Shown piece by piece: positions 50,324 through 54,668 of a DNA stretch of 54,668 bases; position 1 is the stretch's first letter; each line of letters begins with the position of its first letter. The position numbers were made by a program, and so were the translations under genes. The notes beneath the pieces were generated by a model. The model saw nothing but the letters and a program-made list of their open reading frames with translations. It did not search any database and was not told the origin of the DNA. Source of the DNA: a virus; IMG/VR virus record IMGVR_UViG_3300050026_000192; one strand, given 5' to 3'.

Positions 50324-50538
50324 TTCTTCGCCTCCACACTCTCGACAGGATGGCCTTCGTGTTGCTCGAGCGCAGGAGGGCTAGGAGGTTCGCCGGGACC
50401 AGGCCAGTTGAGCCAAACCGAATACTCACCATGCGGCGCGTGAAGCGGCCCCTTGCCATCCGGGAGCCATCCTTGGGCCAGATAGGCGTCTATGAGATGG
50501 AGGCGGACGAAGCGCGACCATGAAATGTGGCCGGTCAC
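50320..50538 (-). CDS. hypothetical protein (72 aa)
   Basis: ORF track. ATGA overlaps. Confidence 0.5.
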   Translation of the reverse strand: MTGHISWSRFVRLHLIDAYLAQGWLPDGKGPLHAPHGEYSVWLNWPGPGEPPSPPALEQHEGHPVESVEAKN

Positions 50539-50903
50539 CGAATTACCTCCGTCACATTAATCCCATGCGCTAGTTCGGCCGCCTTTTTGCGCAGACGATA
50601 TGCGGCTTCTTTCGCGGTTCCCGTCGATTTGACATCTTCGATGACTGGGCCGAGCCGGCGATCGAGATACGAAAAGTCGGCGGTAAACCGACAGAAGTGC
50701 TTTCCGTTGATCTCGACGTTCCAAGTGGGCTGAACCTCTAGGCGGTCGATCTCGCCTATGCGCTGCAGGAGCTTCAATTCGGCGTAGCGGAAAGCCTCTT
50801 TCTTGCTGTCGAAAACGATGCCATCCAAAGTGCGATCAACCTTCGCAGACACGGCAAAGCGGCCAGGCGCGCGGCCCATCGCTGTTTTGAAGAAGGCGTT
50901 CAC
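50535..50903 (-). CDS. DUF1064-like protein (putative nuclease/resolvase)
   Basis: FDSKKEAFRYAELKLLQRIGEI...FTADFSY...IEDVKS pattern. Confidence 0.65.
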   Translation of the reverse strand: MNAFFKTAMGRAPGRFAVSAKVDRTLDGIVFDSKKEAFRYAELKLLQRIGEIDRLEVQPTWNVEINGKHFCRFTADFSYLDRRLGPVIEDVKSTGTAKEAAYRLRKKAAELAHGINVTEVIR

Positions 50904-51196
50904 TCCGGCGCCTCGAAGTGTTCAATTGCGGCTTTCCCAAGCGGGAGATCGGCGAGCATTCCGAGCGCGCCCATGTAAACCGCGAGCAATTCCTGTTCCT
51001 CGCGCTGCTTGCTCGCGTCCTTCTTGCGAATAGCGACGAGCTTGCGGAGAATCTTGGCGTCGAAGCCGTTTGATTTGGACTCGGAGTAGACCTCTTTGAT
51101 ATCCTCGGAGAGCGTGGCCTTCTCGGTTTCCAGTCGCTCAATTCTTTCGACGTAGGAGCGCAGTTGTCCGTTGTCGCCAATTGATGCTTCGCTCAT
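50900..51196 (-). CDS. gapR: GapR/DUF2312-family nucleoid-associated protein
   Basis: GQLRSYVERIERLETEKATLSEDIKEVYSESKSNGFDAKILRKLVAIRKKD closely parallels Caulobacter GapR. Confidence 0.85.
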   Translation of the reverse strand: MSEASIGDNGQLRSYVERIERLETEKATLSEDIKEVYSESKSNGFDAKILRKLVAIRKKDASKQREEQELLAVYMGALGMLADLPLGKAAIEHFEAPE

Positions 51197-51297
51197 TTTT
51201 GCCCTCTTTCCTTCGCGACCCGCTCGCGGGTTACGTCTGCAATCGCACCGGCAATCTCATCGGCGACGCGTAATTCAGGATCGCTAAGCGATTTCAT
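51193..51297 (-). CDS. small ORF (34 aa) coupled between gcrA-like and gapR-like
   Basis: MKSLSDPELRVADEIAGAIADVTRERVAKERGQK. ATGA overlaps at both ends. Confidence 0.4.
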   Translation of the reverse strand: MKSLSDPELRVADEIAGAIADVTRERVAKERGQK

Positions 51298-51704
51298 GAT
51301 CCAAAACGTCTTTCGTATCGCAGACGTCCCTCTGGACTGAGCCCCAACAAAGTGTGCTGTCGGCAATAGCTAGACGACGGCGAACTTTTGGCACCGCAGA
51401 ATAGGTATGGCGATTTCCCAAACGGCCACTTGCACATTCCCTGGTGCAGATCGGCGATCGTCACGCACAGCGACGTCGGCAGGATGATCTCGTCCTCGAC
51501 CAAGGGCTGATCGGGTGCGCGCTGCACGATAGGCCGCGGCCTTGGAGCGCGGGGCGTGGGGTTCGCGAGGCGATAAATTCGCCCTATTACGGCGTTTCGA
51601 GACGTCCCGTCTCTCATCGCTGCGGCGATGCGCGAGGCGCTGAGGCCTTCCATGAGCAATTCAGCCAGTCGCTTGTCCCTGTCGTGGGTCCATCTCGCGA
51701 TCAT
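51294..51704 (-). CDS. gcrA: GcrA-family cell-cycle regulator homologue
   Basis: WTHDRDKRLAELLMEGLSASRIAAAM...SRNAVIGRIYRL plus C-terminal MCKWPFG...FCG...YCRQH. Confidence 0.85.
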   Translation of the reverse strand: MIARWTHDRDKRLAELLMEGLSASRIAAAMRDGTSRNAVIGRIYRLANPTPRAPRPRPIVQRAPDQPLVEDEIILPTSLCVTIADLHQGMCKWPFGKSPYLFCGAKSSPSSSYCRQHTLLGLSPEGRLRYERRFGS

Positions 51705-51731
51705 GGCAGCCTCGCAATTGTCGACTGCTCG

Positions 51732-52169
51732 TCACTTCCCATTAGTTTGAGCGCGCAGCGCGCGCACCAGATCGAAAAGCGCAGCAATATCATCCCAATG
51801 AAATTCCGCATCAGTGGCCTCAAGGCGTCTCGCAAGAGCGGCGAACACAGCCGCCGCTTTCTCGCTTTCCGATTCAGCGCGCGCGGACTGACGGGCTCGC
51901 CAAATAGCATATCGAGCGCGAAGGTCTTCGAACGCACGGGCTGACCATGAATCGGCCTCTCCGTACCAAGCGGCCCGAATGCGCCAGTCGCCATCGCAGT
52001 AGCCGAGCGCTCTCGCAGCGCGACGTAGCTGACCCTTGACAGTGTGTCCTGGCGGAACGGGCTGCGCAGCATCCCGAACGATCCTCTGAGCTTCGGCGGC
52101 GATCGACGAACTCACGGAACCCTCACGCGAACGAACTCGGAACGACTGACTGTCGGACATTGGCGACAA
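51732..52169 (-). CDS. hypothetical protein (145 aa)
   Basis: ORF track. Confidence 0.55.
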   Translation of the reverse strand: MSPMSDSQSFRVRSREGSVSSSIAAEAQRIVRDAAQPVPPGHTVKGQLRRAARALGYCDGDWRIRAAWYGEADSWSARAFEDLRARYAIWRARQSARAESESEKAAAVFAALARRLEATDAEFHWDDIAALFDLVRALRAQTNGK

Positions 52170-52288
52170 CTCCCGTGCTTTGATGGCGCATGGGAGACGA
52201 TGAGAAAGACGAACCGAATGTTTGGACGGACTTGGCGTCGAGCGCCTTGCGCGTCCTGAAACGACTACGAAATCAAGCTCCCGAAAGA

Positions 52289-52316
52289 GGCGCGGCGCGT
52301 CTGACCTCGCCGCGCC
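52289..52316 (-). terminator. GC hairpin directly after the LexA-N-like gene (terminator/attenuator candidate)
   Basis: The minus strand reads TAG-ggcgcggcg-aggtcagacg-cgccgcgcc-tctttcggg. Confidence 0.5.
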
Positions 52317-52643
52317 CTAAGTCTGGGAGAAAATGCCCAAGGTGGGCATATCCGCGCCGCTTTGGGGGCGGCGCGAATTGGAATTGGAAGGGACCACCAA
52401 AGCCGCTGCGAAGCCGTCGCGGTAGCCGCGCGCGTAGTCGTCGATTCCGACGACAGCGATGGAACGAGTCCGCCGGTACAGGCGCGTAATGGCGCCCGCC
52501 GCTTCAAGCTGAGCAACGATGCGTGCAATGTATGACCTACCGACGCCGAGGCACGCCTCCATTTCGTCGTAGTTCGGCGAAATGTCGCCGGCGAGTTCGC
52601 GCTGGCGCAGGAAGGCGAGCAGTTCGGCCTGGCGGGGCGTCAT
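52317..52643 (-). CDS. winged-helix DNA-binding protein (LexA N-terminal-domain-like)
   Basis: MTPRQAELLAFLRQRELAGDISPNYDEMEACLGVGRSYIARIVAQLEAAGAITRL. No peptidase domain. Confidence 0.6.
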   Translation of the reverse strand: MTPRQAELLAFLRQRELAGDISPNYDEMEACLGVGRSYIARIVAQLEAAGAITRLYRRTRSIAVVGIDDYARGYRDGFAAALVVPSNSNSRRPQSGADMPTLGIFSQT

Positions 52644-52891
52644 GCAGCGCTCGCTTCATCGCGATCGTTGGCGACTGCCACTGGGAGTACCCAGAGATCG
52701 GGCCGCAGCCTATGAAGAGGGATGTCTGTTTCGGCAGCGATCTTAATGGCCATCTCGGCCGGGACCGTCGTGCCGTTTTCGTATTTCCAAACGGTCGCCT
52801 TGCGCACGCCGATCCGTTTGCCGAGCTGTTCGAGCGTCAGACCGTGGACACCGCGATAGGACTTGATCGGGTTCATGTTCATAGTTTCCAT
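52640..52891 (-). CDS. Cro/CI-type HTH regulator (83 aa)
   Basis: HGLTLEQLGKRIGVRKATVWKYENG helix-turn-helix. ATG 52891 follows AAGGCGG. The longer TTG-53062 start lies inside the promoter. Confidence 0.75.
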   Translation of the reverse strand: METMNMNPIKSYRGVHGLTLEQLGKRIGVRKATVWKYENGTTVPAEMAIKIAAETDIPLHRLRPDLWVLPVAVANDRDEASAA

Positions 52892-52930
52892 GACAGATAC
52901 CGCCTTGCGCACGCCGATCCGTTTGCCGAG
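52796..52930. repeat. 30-bp perfect direct repeat pair (52796-52825 and 52901-52930)
   Basis: cgccttgcgcacgccgatccgtttgccgag occurs twice, 105 bp apart: once in the HTH coding region and once in its leader/RBS region. Confidence 0.9.
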
Positions 52931-53033
52931 TGCAGGCGCGGGAGCGCTCCAAAGAGGGCTTCGGCTGGTGATTTCATTCACAATTCCAGGGGCACCCGTT
53001 CCCTTCGCGCGCGCTGGATCATTCGGCACCCGT

Positions 53034-53158
53034 AGGTTCACCCCCACCAAGCCGCTTGTCAAGCGAAAGTTTCCTTCACAGGAGACGACAGTTTCCTAAA
53101 CAGATACTAAAATAAGCGGAAACTTTCGCTTGACAAGGCGGTTTCCTAGACGGACACT
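53034..53158. promoter_or_regulatory. divergent promoter/operator region (genetic switch)
   Basis: A 20-bp perfect inverted repeat, cttgtcaagcgaaagtttcc (53055-74) / ggaaactttcgcttgacaag (53118-37), holds an outward TTGACA in each arm. GACACT and GAACCT lie 17 nt downstream. GTTTCC is repeated at 53069, 53091 and 53141. Confidence 0.6.
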
Positions 53159-53175
53159 CCCCTCATCGAAACCTG

Positions 53176-53397
53176 ATGAGACCGCCGATGCAAACCCTCC
53201 TCGCCCGCTTCGAGCCCGACTATTTCATCGGCAGCGAAGATGACAACGACGACTTTTATTCGGACCACCTCGAAAATTGTCCGCACATTGGGATCGTCTC
53301 GATTTCGGAAACCGAATGCCAATGCATGGATTGCCTTCGCGTCTGGCCTAAGGAACCCAATTTCAAATCCGACTGGCCAGAGTTCGACAGAGGATAA
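53176..53397 (+). CDS. hypothetical Cys/His-containing early protein (73 aa)
   Basis: ORF track. First ORF after the plus-strand promoter; CPH...CQCMDC cluster. Confidence 0.55.
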   Translation: MRPPMQTLLARFEPDYFIGSEDDNDDFYSDHLENCPHIGIVSISETECQCMDCLRVWPKEPNFKSDWPEFDRG

Positions 53398-53403
53398 TCC
53401 ACA

Positions 53404-53799
53404 ATGTTCGCCCGCCCTTCCCCCTTTCTGCCGCGCACCGGCATCCAGGCCGAGATTGACGCGACGATAGCGCGTCTGCTCGAGATGCGCTCTTGGGACG
53501 CCTGCACGCGGGCGCTGTGCGACGACGAGCCGCGTGAGTTGAGGGCGCTGGCCGATCTGGCGAGGGCCGTCGCCGACACCTTCGATCCCCTGCTGCAAAG
53601 AATTGCGTATGCCGCGGGCGTTTCCTCGCTCTCCGGCGCCAGCGAGCACACGCGAATCACCTTCATCGCGATCGACGGGAATTTGCTCGCTGAGATCACG
53701 TCGCGCGCCGATCGCATCGAGGAAGATCGCGCGCCCCGCGAAGATCAGCGCGCCGAGCATTCGACGCTCAATGCACACCAGCAGGGAATCGGACGATGA
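53404..53799 (+). CDS. hypothetical early protein (131 aa)
   Basis: ORF track. Confidence 0.6.
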   Translation: MFARPSPFLPRTGIQAEIDATIARLLEMRSWDACTRALCDDEPRELRALADLARAVADTFDPLLQRIAYAAGVSSLSGASEHTRITFIAIDGNLLAEITSRADRIEEDRAPREDQRAEHSTLNAHQQGIGR

Positions 53800-53990
53800 G
53801 AAACACGAAAGCCACGCCCGTTGAGCCAGGGTTCAAGCGCATCTATTGGAGCATCTCAATGTCTCTGGTCGGCTGTCGAAAGGAAGGATGGTTCGACCTC
53901 CCGGAAGATGCTGATGATGAGGACATTGAAGAGATGGTGAAAGACGCAGCATTCGAGGAAGTCGAATGGAATTGGAGCCTTGAGCCATGA
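53796..53990 (+). CDS. hypothetical acidic early protein (64 aa)
   Basis: ORF track. ATGA overlap. Confidence 0.55.
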   Translation: MRNTKATPVEPGFKRIYWSISMSLVGCRKEGWFDLPEDADDEDIEEMVKDAAFEEVEWNWSLEP

Positions 53991-54055
53991 CCCCGATGCG
54001 CACGCTCGCAGAGCAATTCGGAGTGCATCTTCTCAACAACGATCTGGGACTTTGA
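53987..54055 (+). CDS. very small ORF (22 aa)
   Basis: MTPMRTLAEQFGVHLLNNDLGL. ATGA overlap upstream. Confidence 0.3.
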   Translation: MTPMRTLAEQFGVHLLNNDLGL

Positions 54056-54057
54056 AC

Positions 54058-54668
54058 ATGGCAACGCGCAAGAAGAAGATCACCAAACCTACAGCCACTG
54101 TCGAGGCCGCCACTCCGCCCGCGCCCGTCATCACGTCCATCAAAGGGTTCGACTCCGATCTGTCCTGTCGCGGTTTCAAGTTCGAAATCGGCAAGACGTA
54201 TGAGGTCGGCGGCGAGATCGAGGCGTGCACGAACGGTTTTCACGCCTGCCCGACCGACGAGCATCCCCTCTCCGTTTTTGAGTTCTATCCTCCGGCTGGC
54301 GCTCGCTTCGCCGAGGTCACACAGACCGGCGCGAGTTACCGCGAAGGGACGAAACTCGCCAGCGCGTCAATCACCATCGGTGTCGAGCTTTCGCTCGGCG
54401 ATCTCGCAGCGCGAGCGGTCAAATGGGTTTTTGACCGCGCGAAATGGAAAGATGGACCCGTTGCGACGGGCGCCAATGAAGGCGCGGCGGCGAGCGGCGA
54501 CAGAGGCGCGGCCACGGCGACAGGTTACGACGGCGCGGCCACGGCGAGCGGCGACAGCGGCGCGGCCACGGCGAGCGGCGACAGAGGCGCGGCCACGGCG
54601 AGCGGCTACAACGGCGCGGCCACGGCGAGCGGCTACAACGGCGCGGCCACGGCGAGCGGCGACAGAGG
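54058..54668 (+). CDS. N-terminal part of the tandem-repeat protein (DUF7666-like N-domain); runs off the window end and continues at 1..384
   Basis: ATG 54058, with no stop before the window end. KGFDSDLSCRGFKFEIGKTYEV...ACTNGFHACP, then GAATASG-type repeats. Confidence 0.8.
   Translation, partial: MATRKKKITKPTATVEAATPPAPVITSIKGFDSDLSCRGFKFEIGKTYEVGGEIEACTNGFHACPTDEHPLSVFEFYPPAGARFAEVTQTGASYREGTKLASASITIGVELSLGDLAARAVKWVFDRAKWKDGPVATGANEGAAASGDRGAATATGYDGAATASGDSGAATASGDRGAATASGYNGAATASGYNGAATASGDR
54481..54668 (+). repeat. 27-bp coding tandem repeat, 5' block
   Basis: One 24-nt unit and then 27-nt units are read directly. The last 35 nt are identical to nt 1-35. Confidence 0.9.

Noticed and set aside
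52640-53062. The 140-aa version of the HTH ORF starting at TTG 53062
   Set aside because: That TTG is the first three bases of the TTGACA -35 element inside the operator repeat. ATG 52891, preceded by AAGGCGG, gives a normal 83-aa Cro-like protein.
53146-53778. 210-aa minus-strand ORF
   Set aside because: It lies antisense to the first early plus-strand genes and would start inside the switch region. It is Arg/Gly-rich with no recognisable motif.
54481-54668. Regular short repeats at both window ends as a possible CRISPR array
   Set aside because: The 27-bp units are contiguous with no spacers, are in frame, and are translated as GAATASG-XX within one long ORF.

Overview
The window reads as one essentially complete, circularly permuted dsDNA phage genome. 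The first 35 nt equal the last 35 nt, and one repeat-containing gene is split across the window ends, giving about 54.6 kb of unique sequence. It is visibly GC-rich with a few AT-richer islands. The host is probably an alphaproteobacterium, because the phage carries its own GcrA-like, GapR/DUF2312-like and DnaA-domain-IV-like genes.

Two divergent transcription units leave a switch at about 53.03-53.16 kb.

(1) A plus-strand early arm runs 53176 -> window end -> 1 -> 9136. It holds about 35 small ORFs, mostly joined by ATGA/GTGA start-stop overlaps, and includes a Gp157-like protein, a Rad52-family annealase, an HNH nuclease and a DUF4326-like protein.

(2) A minus-strand arm runs 52891 -> 9504, in this order:
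- regulators: HTH, LexA-N-like, GcrA, GapR
- replication: DUF1064, SNF2-type helicase, SPPF methyltransferase, DnaA-domain-IV protein, initiator gene with embedded iterons
- terS/terL
- accessory island: HNH, GNAT, exported protein, AdoMetDC-like protein, ATP-grasp protein
- portal
- island of exported fibre-like and beta-helix proteins
- scaffold and capsid
- P22-type adaptor and hub, ejection proteins, fibres
- lysis cassette

No integrase, partition genes, tRNA, rRNA or CRISPR array were seen.

The most unusual points are:
- an AdoMetDC-like/ATP-grasp pair surrounded by small ORFs that share a short peptide motif
- about ten ORFs with Sec or lipoprotein signals (nine late, one early), including Cys-rich fibre-like proteins inside the head and tail modules
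- a 54-bp inverted copy of a portal-gene fragment that forms the 5' end of a low-GC beta-helix gene
- a 9-residue tandem-repeat protein spanning the genome junction
- an origin-like iteron/AT-rich block inside the initiator gene

All functional calls come from reading the translations for family motifs from memory. No database search, structure prediction or composition calculation was run.
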